A DNA stretch of 64,000 nucleotides from an uncultured virus (IMG/VR IMGVR_UViG_2585428076_000002) (IMGVR_UViG_2585428076_000002); one strand, 5' to 3'; shown: positions 9,382 to 18,752, counted from the stretch's first letter. Numbers and translations: made by a program. The notes: generated by a model from the sequence alone, not told the origin.

Positions 9382-9612
9382 ATGAAGAAACTGACCTGTC
9401 CTGTGTGTGGGACCGAATTCATTCCGCAAATTGCGGATCACTACGTAGCTGTGACCGATAATGCCGGTTCCGGTCTGAGCCGTCTCGCTGGGAGCGCGAA
9501 GCCTGAAACCTATTACGACGCTTTTGACTGCCCGCAGTGCGGCTGCCAGCTGCGTCCGAACACTCGTCTGGTGGAGGTTCCTGAAAAGGAGGAAGACCAT
9601 GAAAAGAGCTGA
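9382..9612 (+). CDS. Small zinc-ribbon protein
   Basis: CPVC...CPQC, AAGGAGG RBS. Confidence 0.7.
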   Translation: MKKLTCPVCGTEFIPQIADHYVAVTDNAGSGLSRLAGSAKPETYYDAFDCPQCGCQLRPNTRLVEVPEKEEDHEKS

Positions 9613-9919
9613 GATTTTAGAGGCTGCTCGTATCTGCGTCTGCGGGGAACGCCAGCAGGACTACGGCACACCGGAGAACAACTTTGAAACCATCGGTCTG
9701 TTGTGGGGCGTCTACTTGCGGGCTGCTCATCCTGAGCTGGCTAAGGTCATGGCTATCAATCACATCAACGCCAAAGACGTGGCTACTATGATGGGGCTGC
9801 TAAAGGTAGCTCGAATTGCTACCGGGTACAAGGATGACAACTTTGTGGACCTCGCTGGTTACGCAGCCTGTGCCGGCGAGATTGCAGCCGCTGAGAGAGG
9901 AGGCGGCGACCATGACTAA
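9599..9919 (+). CDS. DUF6378-like phage protein
   Basis: R..DYGTPENNF..I..LW...LLKVAR...DNFVDLAGYAAC. Confidence 0.75.
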   Translation: MKRAEILEAARICVCGERQQDYGTPENNFETIGLLWGVYLRAAHPELAKVMAINHINAKDVATMMGLLKVARIATGYKDDNFVDLAGYAACAGEIAAAERGGGDHD

Positions 9920-10268
9920 CGGTGTATTCCGAATCGAATATCCGACAGGTTATATGGAGCTGAATGTCAGAGAGTTCTTCGCCAACGCGAATAAGAAGCG
10001 GATGACAAAGGTTCTCAAGCTGGCGAAGCAATATTGCAGCGACATCCGCAGGGAAGAACTTATCAGCACAATGCGGTCTGAGGTTGACCGGCTGAACGAA
10101 GTGGTTAAGAAGCTGGAAAGTCTGAGACTGTCCGAACAATATCATCTGCTGGCATTCTTCCCGCAGGCGCGGATTGAGCCGTCCAGTTATGAAAAAGCCT
10201 TGCGCCGGCAGAGGGATAAACTCGCAGAGAGCGTGGCTCTGATTAAGGACGAGAGGTGGGACGGATGA
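9912..10268 (+). CDS. Hypothetical protein
   Basis: GAGGAGG RBS, operon packing. Confidence 0.65.
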   Translation: MTNGVFRIEYPTGYMELNVREFFANANKKRMTKVLKLAKQYCSDIRREELISTMRSEVDRLNEVVKKLESLRLSEQYHLLAFFPQARIEPSSYEKALRRQRDKLAESVALIKDERWDG

Positions 10269-12253
10269 CGCATATCTCGATTGATATTGAAACATACAGC
10301 AGCGTCCCTATCGCAAAGGCCGGGGCGTACAAGTACGTGCAAAGCCCTGACTTTGAGGTTCTGCTGTTCGCATACAGCGTAGATGGTAGCCCTGTGGAAA
10401 TCGTGGATCTGGCGCAGGGAGAGCTGCTGCCGGAATGGTTGTTTGACGCTCTGAGTAATCCCGCTTACATCAAACACGCCTACAATGCGGCGTTCGAGTG
10501 GTACTGTCTCTCAAAGTTCTGTGGGCGTCTGCTGCCGGTGGACCAATGGCGGGACACGATGCTTCACGGCCTCTACTGCGGCTATACGGCGGGCTTGGAC
10601 GCAACCGGCAAGGCTCTGGGCCTCCCCGCCGAAAAGCAGAAGCTCTCGGTCGGCAAAGCGCTTATCCGCTATTTCTGCGTCCCCTGCGCCGCCACGCAAA
10701 GCAACGGCGGCAGGACACGGAATCTCCCCAAGCATGACCCTGATAAGTGGGAGCTGTTCAAGACTTACTGCAAGGGCGATGTTACGACCGAAATGGAGAT
10801 TGACCGCAGGCTGTCGAACTTCCCTGTCCCTGCGGACATCGAGAAGCAGTGGCAGACCGACCTCCTCATCAACGCGAGGGGCGTTGCGGTAGATATGCAG
10901 ATGGTGCGCGGGGCGTTGGAAATCGACGCCGCCTCCCGCGATAAGCTGACGGCAGAAGCTGTCTCCATCACCGGCCTTGAGAATCCGAACAGCGTGTCAC
11001 AGCTCAGCAAATGGCTTGAGACCAACACGAACCAGCCGGTGGGCGACCTGCGGAAAGACACGGTTGCGGCGATGCTTGACAGCAAAGTCGTGACCGGTCC
11101 CGCAGAGAGAATGTTGGAGATTCGTCAGGAGCTTGGCAAGACCAGCACGAAAAAGTATGACGCTATCGAGGCTGCTGTGTGCGGCGATGGGCGTGTCCGG
11201 GGGCTGCTTCAATTCTACGGAGCGAACCGCACCGGCAGATGGGCGGGACGGCTCGTGCAGGTGCAGAACCTACCGAGGACCTACATCGACATGAAAACGC
11301 TCCCGTGGGCGCGGAGCGCGGTTAAGGAGCGAAGCGCCGATAAGCTGCGGTGTATGTACGGCTCTGTGCCTGATACTCTCTCGCAGCTCATCAGGACATC
11401 GTTTATAGCGTCCAAAGGCAACACCTTAATCGACGCGGATTTCAGCGCCATCGAAGCACGGGTTATTTCGTGGCTGGCGGGAGAGCAGTGGCGGCTCGAA
11501 GTATTCAGGACGCACGGCAAAATTTACGAGGCGTCTGCCAGTCAGATGTTCGGGGTCCCGATTGACCGAATCAAAAAAGGGAATCCCGAATACGAGCTGC
11601 GGCAGAAAGGCAAGGTCGCTGAACTCGCCCTCGGCTATCAAGGCAGCACGGGCGCACTGATTGCGATGGGCGCTCTGCGAATGGGCATACCCGAAGATGA
11701 CCTACCGGACATCGTTTCTCGCTGGCGTGACGCAAACAGGCGCATTGTGGACCTGTGGTACGCTGTGGAGAACGCAGCGGTATCAGTCATTCAGACGGGA
11801 CGGCCTGCGGGCGTGAGGAACCTCATCTTCGCCCGCGAGATGGACATTGAACACGGGGTGGACTTCCTGACAATAACACTGCCGAGCCGCAGAAAGCTGT
11901 ACTACGCAAACCCGCAGCTCGGCGTAAACTCGTGGGACAAGCCCTCCATCTTATATAGCGGCGTGAACCAGACAACCAAGCAGTGGACGCAGCTTGAAAC
12001 CTACGGTGGCAAGCTGGTGGAGAACTGCATTCAGGCAATCGCTCGCGACTGTCTTGCGCTTGCGATTGAGCATTTGGAGGCCGCCGGGTATCAGGTGGTG
12101 TTCCATGTGCATGACGAAGTTGTGATAGATTGTCCTGCCGACCGAGCGGATCTGGACGATGTGGTGCGGCTGATGACGCAGCCCATTCCGTGGGCGCCGG
12201 ATTTGCCGCTGAACGCAGATGGCTGGGTTGGGGACTTCTTTAGAAAGGATTGA
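10265..12253 (+). CDS. Phage family A DNA polymerase
   Basis: Exo I DIET; motif A ADFSAIEAR; motif B RQKGKVAELALGY; motif C HVHDE. Confidence 0.95.
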   Translation: MTHISIDIETYSSVPIAKAGAYKYVQSPDFEVLLFAYSVDGSPVEIVDLAQGELLPEWLFDALSNPAYIKHAYNAAFEWYCLSKFCGRLLPVDQWRDTMLHGLYCGYTAGLDATGKALGLPAEKQKLSVGKALIRYFCVPCAATQSNGGRTRNLPKHDPDKWELFKTYCKGDVTTEMEIDRRLSNFPVPADIEKQWQTDLLINARGVAVDMQMVRGALEIDAASRDKLTAEAVSITGLENPNSVSQLSKWLETNTNQPVGDLRKDTVAAMLDSKVVTGPAERMLEIRQELGKTSTKKYDAIEAAVCGDGRVRGLLQFYGANRTGRWAGRLVQVQNLPRTYIDMKTLPWARSAVKERSADKLRCMYGSVPDTLSQLIRTSFIASKGNTLIDADFSAIEARVISWLAGEQWRLEVFRTHGKIYEASASQMFGVPIDRIKKGNPEYELRQKGKVAELALGYQGSTGALIAMGALRMGIPEDDLPDIVSRWRDANRRIVDLWYAVENAAVSVIQTGRPAGVRNLIFAREMDIEHGVDFLTITLPSRRKLYYANPQLGVNSWDKPSILYSGVNQTTKQWTQLETYGGKLVENCIQAIARDCLALAIEHLEAAGYQVVFHVHDEVVIDCPADRADLDDVVRLMTQPIPWAPDLPLNADGWVGDFFRKD

Positions 12254-12257
12254 CGAT

Positions 12258-12557
12258 ATGACAAGAAAAGACAGAGAGGAAAACCCCGGCGAATCCTTTG
12301 ACGGCGGTTATCACCTCTACGCAAAAGAGCAGCACGATGCGCGTGTTGCAAAGAACTCCGACCGGATTCAGTACGCCATAGATCAGTTCCAGCGGAACAA
12401 CATCGAGTTCGTGCTGAAAAACGCCCAGACCGGCCATTTCCACTGCCGCCGGCAGTCGGATGATAAGCTGTTTCAGTTCTGGGCGGGAACCGGCAAAATC
12501 AAGGGCTACGACTATGTTCGCGGCATCCACGCGCTGATTAAGCTGCTCAAAAGGTAG
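12258..12557 (+). CDS. Hypothetical protein
   Basis: ORF with RBS between the polymerase and primase genes. Confidence 0.65.
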   Translation: MTRKDREENPGESFDGGYHLYAKEQHDARVAKNSDRIQYAIDQFQRNNIEFVLKNAQTGHFHCRRQSDDKLFQFWAGTGKIKGYDYVRGIHALIKLLKR

Positions 12558-12565
12558 GTGAGATT

Positions 12566-12787
12566 ATGGCGCACGATAAGAAACCACATCTCTATAAGAA
12601 CTCGGAGGGCTACAACGACCCGACTGTGGGCGAGGCGATGAGCAACATCGAGGCCGAGGAGCGCCGGGTGCTTGAGCGGATAAGCGCACTCATCCCGATT
12701 ATGAAGAAGACCGCTGAACTCGTCGGTTTCGAGGTGGTCGGGCGCATAATCCTCATGGATAAGGAAACCGGCAAGAAGTACAAGTAA
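12566..12787 (+). CDS. Small conserved phage protein
   Basis: KNSEGYNDPT..A...GFEVVGRI.L.DK.TGK.Y pattern common in Clostridia phages. Confidence 0.7.
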   Translation: MAHDKKPHLYKNSEGYNDPTVGEAMSNIEAEERRVLERISALIPIMKKTAELVGFEVVGRIILMDKETGKKYK

Positions 12788-12803
12788 AGGAGGGCTGGGC
12801 TTA

Positions 12804-15218
12804 ATGCAATACGACAGAGAGATAACGATAACTGTCGGCAACAACCGAAAAAGTGTAAACTGGCAGCCCCAGTCCATCATGCTGTCAGAGTTCTACGAGA
12901 AGCTCAGGATTCCGAACCGCTCTACCGAGACTATGCAGGAATACCTGAACCTGAAAAAGTCGGAGCAGGACGATAAAAAGGACATCGGCGGGTTCGTCGC
13001 CGGTACGCTGTCCGGCCCGCGCCGCAGAGCGGGGGCCGTGACAGGGCGTGACATCATCACGCTGGATTTCGACACGATACCGCCGGGAGGCACAGATGAA
13101 ATCCTGAAACGGGTAGACGGGCTTGGGTGCGGCTACTGCATCTATTCCACACGCAAGCACTCGCCCGCAAGCCCCCGTCTCAGGATATTAGTCCCTTTTG
13201 ACCGGACGGTCACTGCGGACGAATATGAGCCGTCTGCGCGGTTTGTGGCGTCCCTTATCGGCATAGAGTTCGCGGACCCGACCACGTTTGAGGCCACACG
13301 CCTGATGTATTGGCCGAGCTGCTGCTATGACAGCGACTATGTGTTTACCTTTAGCGACAAGCCGCTGCTTGACGCTGACGGGCTGCTGCACATGATTGAC
13401 GAACGGCTTGGGGACTGGCGGGACGTGTCGAAATGGCCGCAGGTTCCGGGCGCGGATAACGCCTATAAGAAGCTGGCGATGAAGCAGAGCGATCCTCTGA
13501 GCAAGGCAGGCGTGGTGGGCGCATTCTGCCGCACATACGACATCTACGGTGCGATGGACACCTACCTCGACGGTATTTACGAGCCGGTGGACAATTCACG
13601 CGGGCGTTTTACCTACCTCGGAGGAACGACAACAGGCGGCGCTGTGGTGTACGACAACGGGATGTTCCTCTATTCCCACCACTCCACCGACCCCTGCTGC
13701 GGCAGGCTTGTGAATGCGTTCGATTTGGTGCGTATGCACAAGTTCGGGGAGATGGACGACGGGGCTGACCCGAATACGCCCACGAACCGGCTGCCATCGT
13801 ATGCGGCGATGTGCAACCTCGCCATTGAGGACCCAAAGGTCTCACGGCAGCTGGCAAAGGAACGGGCTGATTCTGCGGTCAGCGATTTTCAGGGACTGAA
13901 CGAGGCGCCGGCTGCCGAAGCCGAGAACTTCGACTGGACGATGGACTTGGAGCTGAACAAGCAGACCGGTACGATAAAGGCCACCATCGACAATATCTGG
14001 CTGATTCTTGAGAACGACCCGCTGCTCAAAGGCAAGTTCGCCTTAAATGAGTTTGCGGGGCGCGGAGAGATCCTCGGCGACCTGCCGTGGAGCGCCTTTG
14101 AGAAGCGGCGCGGCTGGACAGACAATGACAATCAGGGGCTGTACTGGTACTTCGAGAAAGTCTATAAAATCACAGGCAACGGGAAAATCGACGGCGCGCT
14201 GTCCCTGCACAGCGAGAAGCACAAGTTCAACGATGTGCGCAACTACCTCTCATCCCTGACGTGGGACGGCATTTCCCGCCTCGATTCCCTGCTGATTGAC
14301 TATCTCGGCGCGGAGGATAAGCCTTATGTGCGGGCGGTCACGAGAAAGGCTTTCACGGCGGCCGTGGCGCGGGCTATGGAGCCGGGGTGCAAATATGACA
14401 CCATGCTTATCCTTACGGGGCCGCAGGGCATCGGAAAGTCCACGCTGCTGGACCGGATGAGCAAGGGCTGGTTCAACGACGGCATCAGGACATTCGAGGG
14501 CAAGGAGGCAAGCGAGCTGCTGCAAGGCGTGTGGCTGGTGGAAATCGGCGAGCTGGACGCTTTCAGACGGACAGATGAAGCCCGCATCAAGCAGTTCCTC
14601 AGCCTGCGTTCTGACCGATTCAGGGCGGCCTACGGGCGGCACGTAAAGGATATACCGCGATGCTGTGTGTTCTTCGGCACGACGAATACCCCTGTGTTCC
14701 TGCGGGACAAGACGGGCAATCGCCGGTTCTGGCCTGTGGATGTGGGGGTGGTCCCACGCACGAAAACGGTATGGCGGGACCTCGATGACGAGCTGGACCA
14801 GATTTGGGCTGAGGCAGTTATGCGCTGGCGGCTGGGAGAAACGCTGTACCTGACAGGCGAGTTGGAGGAGCTGGCGAGAGCCGAGCAGGAAGATCACAGA
14901 GAGGTTAGCAGCAAGGAGGGCATCGTCCTTGACTTCGTTGAGAAGCTGGTCCCAGAGGACTGGCAGAAGTGGTCGCTGGACAAGAGGCGGCTGTTCCTCA
15001 ACGGCACAGTCGAGGGGTCTGCAAACCTTGTAAAGCGGGACCGCGTGTGTGCGCTGGAAGTCTGGTGCGAGGCGTTCGGCGGTCAGCCAAAGGATTTCAA
15101 GTATGCCGAGGCGACCGAGATAAACGACATTCTTCGGTCTATGCCGGGGTGGGAAAAGTCCTCGAACGGGCTGCGGTTTGGCTACTGCGGATACCAGCGT
15201 GGGTTCCTCCGTCGCTGA
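12804..15218 (+). CDS. VirE/VapE-family primase-helicase
   Basis: N-terminal LDFD..YSTRKH..PRLR primase motifs; Walker A GPQGIGKST; GTTN..FLRDKTGNRRF. Confidence 0.9.
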   Translation: MQYDREITITVGNNRKSVNWQPQSIMLSEFYEKLRIPNRSTETMQEYLNLKKSEQDDKKDIGGFVAGTLSGPRRRAGAVTGRDIITLDFDTIPPGGTDEILKRVDGLGCGYCIYSTRKHSPASPRLRILVPFDRTVTADEYEPSARFVASLIGIEFADPTTFEATRLMYWPSCCYDSDYVFTFSDKPLLDADGLLHMIDERLGDWRDVSKWPQVPGADNAYKKLAMKQSDPLSKAGVVGAFCRTYDIYGAMDTYLDGIYEPVDNSRGRFTYLGGTTTGGAVVYDNGMFLYSHHSTDPCCGRLVNAFDLVRMHKFGEMDDGADPNTPTNRLPSYAAMCNLAIEDPKVSRQLAKERADSAVSDFQGLNEAPAAEAENFDWTMDLELNKQTGTIKATIDNIWLILENDPLLKGKFALNEFAGRGEILGDLPWSAFEKRRGWTDNDNQGLYWYFEKVYKITGNGKIDGALSLHSEKHKFNDVRNYLSSLTWDGISRLDSLLIDYLGAEDKPYVRAVTRKAFTAAVARAMEPGCKYDTMLILTGPQGIGKSTLLDRMSKGWFNDGIRTFEGKEASELLQGVWLVEIGELDAFRRTDEARIKQFLSLRSDRFRAAYGRHVKDIPRCCVFFGTTNTPVFLRDKTGNRRFWPVDVGVVPRTKTVWRDLDDELDQIWAEAVMRWRLGETLYLTGELEELARAEQEDHREVSSKEGIVLDFVEKLVPEDWQKWSLDKRRLFLNGTVEGSANLVKRDRVCALEVWCEAFGGQPKDFKYAEATEINDILRSMPGWEKSSNGLRFGYCGYQRGFLRR

Positions 15219-15541
15219 AACATTGGGGATGAAACATCTGGGGCTGATTTCACCATAAGTCTAACATCAGGAAAAATTAGAGAAGTTTAGGCGGGAAATT
15301 CAACCCAATGTTTCACCCCTTGAATGTTTCAATGTATCGGCCAATGTTTCACCAATGTTTCGGCTAAAACCCGCACCGTTACTGGCTTTTTGAGCTTTTG
15401 AAACATTGAAACATTCATTCTTAATAGAGAGAGAAAATAGGGATATTAGAAAGGATTTAGAATTATAGTCGCACGACTTACGCGCCTAAAGCGCCTAACG
15501 CGCCTATACGCGCGTAAAGTATAGAAACACCAATGTTTCAG
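15214..15541 (+). repeat. Iteron-rich non-coding element copy 1 (probable replication origin)
   Basis: About ten TGAAACAT(T)/(A)ATGTTTCA repeats in both orientations directly after the primase-helicase gene; homologous to 37387-37680. Confidence 0.75.
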
Positions 15542-15550
15542 GAGGAAAAC

Positions 15551-15841
15551 ATGAATGAAAGTCGAATTGAACGCCGTCTTGTTGATGGCGTGAAGAAGTT
15601 GGGAGGTATGTGCCTAAAGTTCGTAAGTCCCGGCACACCGGGCGTTCCTGACAGGCTCATCATCACTCCAACTGGACGAATCATTTTCGCAGAGCTGAAA
15701 ACCGAAACCGGCCGCTTGGCGAAGATCCAGCGGTACACGATTGGAGAGATGCAAAAGCGCGGCGCCGATGTGCGCGTGGTAAAAGGCATCGACGAGGTTA
15801 TGCGGCTGCTTGCGGAAATTGAGGGAGGTGGGGGCCAATGA
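15551..15841 (+). CDS. VRR-NUC domain nuclease
   Basis: ESRIE..L...KFVSPG..GVPDR..FAELK. Confidence 0.9.
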   Translation: MNESRIERRLVDGVKKLGGMCLKFVSPGTPGVPDRLIITPTGRIIFAELKTETGRLAKIQRYTIGEMQKRGADVRVVKGIDEVMRLLAEIEGGGGQ

Positions 15842-17208
15842 AGTTTGTCCCTTATCCGTATCAGCAGTATTGCATTGACAGCATTATTTATAACAGGGCC
15901 GTCGGCTTATTCCTCGACATGGGCTTGGGCAAGACGGTTATTACCCTGACCGCCATTCACGACCTGCGGTATAACAGATGGGAGGTTTCAAAGCCCCTCA
16001 TCATCGCGCCGAAAAAGGTTGCCGAGGCCACGTGGACTACGGAGGCAAAGAAGTGGGAGCACCTGAAAATGATGAGGGTCGTCCCTGTTCTCGGTACAGC
16101 TCAGCAACGCATCCGTGCTTTGGCTACGCCTGCGGATGTCTATGTGGTGAATCGTGAGAACGTGCAGTGGCTGGTCGAGCATTTCAAAAATGCGTGGCCG
16201 TTTGACATGGTGGTACTGGATGAAAGTTCCAGTTTCAAGAACTCCCAGAGCAAGCGGTTCAAATCCTTGAAGCTGGTGCGCAGCCGAATAAAGCGCATCG
16301 TGGAGCTGACGGGTACTCCGTCCAGCAACGGGCTTGAGGATTTGTGGGCGCAGATTTATCTCTTGGACGGCGGCGCACGGTTGGGCAAGACCCTCGGCGC
16401 TTATCGGGACAAATACTTCGTCCCCGGCAGGAGAAACCGCACGACAATTTTCAATTACTCGCCAAAGGACGGCAGTTTCGAGATGATTAAGCAGGCCATC
16501 AGCGACATCTGCATCAGCATGAAAGCAGCGGACTACCTGACCTTGCCTGATATGCTGGTGAACAATGTGCCGGTAGCTCTTGACGCTGCGGCGGCAAAAG
16601 CCTACGCACAGCTTGAGACGGAGCTGCTTTTGCAGGTGGACGAGGACACGATAACCGCCGGCAGTGCGGGAGTTCTGACAGGAAAGCTCTTGCAGCTTTG
16701 CAACGGGGCGATCTACAACGAGAACAAAACGGCGGTCAAAGTCCACGACTGTAAAATCGACGCTTTCTTGGAGTTGATTGAGCAGCTGCACGGGCAACAC
16801 GCCCTTGTGTTCTACAACTTCCAGCACGACCGGGACAGGCTGGTCGAGGCTTTGGCAAAATACGACCTGCGCGTCAGGGTTTATTCTCAAGCGAAAGACG
16901 AGCAGGATTGGAACAACGGAGAAATCGACATCTTACTTGCGCACCCCGCGAGCTGCGGCTACGGCCTGAATTTACAGCGCGGCGGCCATCACGCCATCTG
17001 GTTCGGGCTGACGTGGAGCTTGGAGCAGTACGAGCAGGCAAACAAGCGCCTGCATCGTCAGGGGCAGGAGCATCCGGTCATCATCCACCACCTGATTGTG
17101 CAGGGCGGCATGGATGAGCAGGTAGTCGAGGCTCTCGAAAACAAGGGCGATATGCAAAACGCCCTGATGGACGCCTTGCGAGTGCGTATCAGTAAACTTC
17201 GCAGTTAA
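15838..17208 (+). CDS. SNF2-family helicase
   Basis: DMGLGKT, DESS, LTGTP, GLNLQ, QANKRLHRQGQ. Confidence 0.9.
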   Translation: MKFVPYPYQQYCIDSIIYNRAVGLFLDMGLGKTVITLTAIHDLRYNRWEVSKPLIIAPKKVAEATWTTEAKKWEHLKMMRVVPVLGTAQQRIRALATPADVYVVNRENVQWLVEHFKNAWPFDMVVLDESSSFKNSQSKRFKSLKLVRSRIKRIVELTGTPSSNGLEDLWAQIYLLDGGARLGKTLGAYRDKYFVPGRRNRTTIFNYSPKDGSFEMIKQAISDICISMKAADYLTLPDMLVNNVPVALDAAAAKAYAQLETELLLQVDEDTITAGSAGVLTGKLLQLCNGAIYNENKTAVKVHDCKIDAFLELIEQLHGQHALVFYNFQHDRDRLVEALAKYDLRVRVYSQAKDEQDWNNGEIDILLAHPASCGYGLNLQRGGHHAIWFGLTWSLEQYEQANKRLHRQGQEHPVIIHHLIVQGGMDEQVVEALENKGDMQNALMDALRVRISKLRS

Positions 17209-17220
17209 AAAAGGAGGTGC

Positions 17221-17700
17221 GTGGCGATGAACAAAGAGGAAATCGCTGAGGTGGCGCGGGTTGCGGCACAGGAAGTTCTTGCCAGAAAGGACGCTATCAT
17301 TGACGAGGAGTTTGACGCTCGGTATCACGACGTTAATCTCCTGATGAAGAACTACCGGAAGTTGCGGGCGCACTACGCCCATGTTTCCCCGGAGACATTG
17401 GAGGTAAGCTGCATCTGCTCCATGCGCCGGAAGACAGGGCTGATGATGAGCCATGTGGACAAGATGCTGGCAGCGTATGAGGCTCTGTGCAAAGAGGCGG
17501 TGAATCCCGATGAGGCCCGCCGGTGGGAGGCGCTCAATCTGCGGTACATCGACGAGGACAGGCTTAGCGTGGATGAAATCGCCGAGCGGCTGAACATCGA
17601 CAAGCGGACGTTCTACCGGGACATCAACCGTGCGATGGAGGACATGGCCGTTCTGCTGTTTGGCATCGAGGCCATTGGCTCGTGGAAACACAAGAAGTAA
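17221..17700 (+). CDS. Transcriptional regulator with C-terminal HTH (possible late activator)
   Basis: LRYI..LSVDEIAERLNIDKRTFYRD; last gene of the replication module. Confidence 0.7.
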   Translation: MAMNKEEIAEVARVAAQEVLARKDAIIDEEFDARYHDVNLLMKNYRKLRAHYAHVSPETLEVSCICSMRRKTGLMMSHVDKMLAAYEALCKEAVNPDEARRWEALNLRYIDEDRLSVDEIAERLNIDKRTFYRDINRAMEDMAVLLFGIEAIGSWKHKK

Positions 17701-17702
17701 CG

Positions 17703-17735
17703 AATCAGGGAGCTGACAAGGCTCCCTGATTTTTT
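17703..17735 (+). terminator. Intrinsic terminator of the replication module
   Basis: aatcagggagc / gctccctgatt followed by a T run. Confidence 0.8.
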
Positions 17736-17787
17736 ATTCTCCGTTGCTTTTCGAGAAAATTTTTCTGAAAAAATTTTAGGAAAAGCA

Positions 17788-17816
17788 TTGACGAAAACGA
17801 CTTAAAGTGCTATAAT
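17788..17816 (+). promoter_or_regulatory. Strong SigA promoter near the right end of the invertible segment
   Basis: TTGACG-17bp-TATAAT, extended -10, AT-rich UP region; near-identical context to the promoter at 48-76. Confidence 0.8.
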
Positions 17817-17853
17817 AAGAATGTAAAGAAAAAAGGAAAAGCCCGTAAGGAGG

Positions 17854-18126
17854 TTGAACAGAATGAATGACTGCATCAAAGCTGAAATGGAATACCGCGA
17901 ATGGCGTGAATGCCCGCTTTGGTATTGCGTGAAGACGCTGCTCAGAGCGGACGGCAAGATGGAAAGCGAGATTGTTTCCGACGAGAAAACCAAAATCCCC
18001 ATCGCCATTCAGAGCCTTGAGAAACCGCAGGATGGCGTGTTTGAGGACGCGAGCGGCACGACATATTACACCTACCATCAGGGATATGAGGCGGCAGCGA
18101 AGCAGGTAGCCGCCGCGAGCATATAG
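17854..18126 (+). CDS. Hypothetical protein; stop codon lies within the att site B arm
   Basis: ~90 aa ORF after the promoter and AAGGAGG RBS. Confidence 0.7.
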   Translation: MNRMNDCIKAEMEYREWRECPLWYCVKTLLRADGKMESEIVSDEKTKIPIAIQSLEKPQDGVFEDASGTTYYTYHQGYEAAAKQVAAASI

Positions 18127-18163
18127 GCAAATGCGGCAGACCTTTTCAGTCATTTGCAACTCC
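18121..18163. other. att-like site B (right end of invertible segment), core TC at 18146-18147; contains an orphan ATG with RBS on the - strand
   Basis: 31/43 ungapped identity to site C (57366-57408); - strand reads AGGAG-ttgcaa-ATG ACT GA. Confidence 0.75.
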
Positions 18164-18378
18164 TACTCCACCACCGCCTCCCGGCGGCTTTTTCTTTGCC
18201 TGAAATCGTATTGGCACAGGAATAACTTGTCTCCGAGGGATGTTTCGCGGTAATATACTCCGCTTTCGTACCACTCGCGCAGTATTCTTTCGCCCTCCCT
18301 CATTTCAGGCATACCGGACTTCGCCTGCTGTGCAAGCTCCGTCGCAACCGCGAGTAGAACAGAGGTGGCGGCGGTCAT
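18163..18378 (-). CDS. Small hypothetical protein downstream of cro (candidate recombination directionality factor)
   Basis: 71 aa, ATGA overlap with cro; function inferred from position only. Confidence 0.6.
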   Translation of the reverse strand: MTAATSVLLAVATELAQQAKSGMPEMREGERILREWYESGVYYRETSLGDKLFLCQYDFRQRKSRREAVVE

Positions 18379-18581
18379 TCTTCTTGCTCAGCGTCGTCGG
18401 CCAAAAGCTCCTCGATGGTGCAGCCGTACAGCTTTGCAAGAATGGGCAGCTTGTCCGCTCGCGGCTTAGCAAGACCGCGCTCCCACTTGCTTACAGCGGA
18501 TTCCTGCACACCGACGATCTTTGCGACCTCTCGCTGTGTGGGAATCGCCCCGCGAAGTCTACGCTCTCTCATAACATTCAT
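18375..18581 (-). CDS. Cro-like XRE HTH regulator
   Basis: TQREVAKIVGVQESAVSKWERG...LAKLYGCTIEELL; divergent from the repressor. Confidence 0.85.
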   Translation of the reverse strand: MNVMRERRLRGAIPTQREVAKIVGVQESAVSKWERGLAKPRADKLPILAKLYGCTIEELLADDAEQEE

Positions 18582-18632
18582 TGTTCCACCTCCTTTAGTG
18601 TCCTGCGGGTCGCTTTCTTTACTTACAGTCTT

Positions 18633-18661
18633 ATTATAGCACTTCATTTCCTCAATGTCAA
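18633..18661 (-). promoter_or_regulatory. Lytic (cro) promoter
   Basis: Perfect TTGACA-17bp-TATAAT with extended -10 on the - strand. Confidence 0.85.
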
Positions 18662-18697
18662 CTCCCATTCTTGAATTTTTCCCGAAAAAATCCTGCA

Positions 18698-18726
18698 TTG
18701 ACAACTTGAATTAAAAGACATATAAT
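18698..18726 (+). promoter_or_regulatory. Repressor/integrase operon promoter
   Basis: Perfect TTGACA-17bp-TATAAT; cttgaatt direct repeat at 18670 and 18706 may be an operator. Confidence 0.85.
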
Positions 18727-18752
18727 AGACTTACAGTAAAGGAGGTAGACCT

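Larger units (their letters stand above)
6275..18147. mobile_element. Putative invertible 11.9-kb segment carrying the replication module (inferred OFF orientation)
   Basis: Only large + strand block among - strand lytic genes; in silico reversal restores a split gene and promoter-operon links. Confidence 0.75.

Noticed and set aside
15214..15541. Short repeats as a CRISPR array
   Set aside because: Repeats are 8-9 bp, in mixed orientation and irregularly spaced
17776..18159. 127-aa minus-strand ORF
   Set aside because: Best explained as the displaced hydrolase start reading into the antisense of the 90-aa gene
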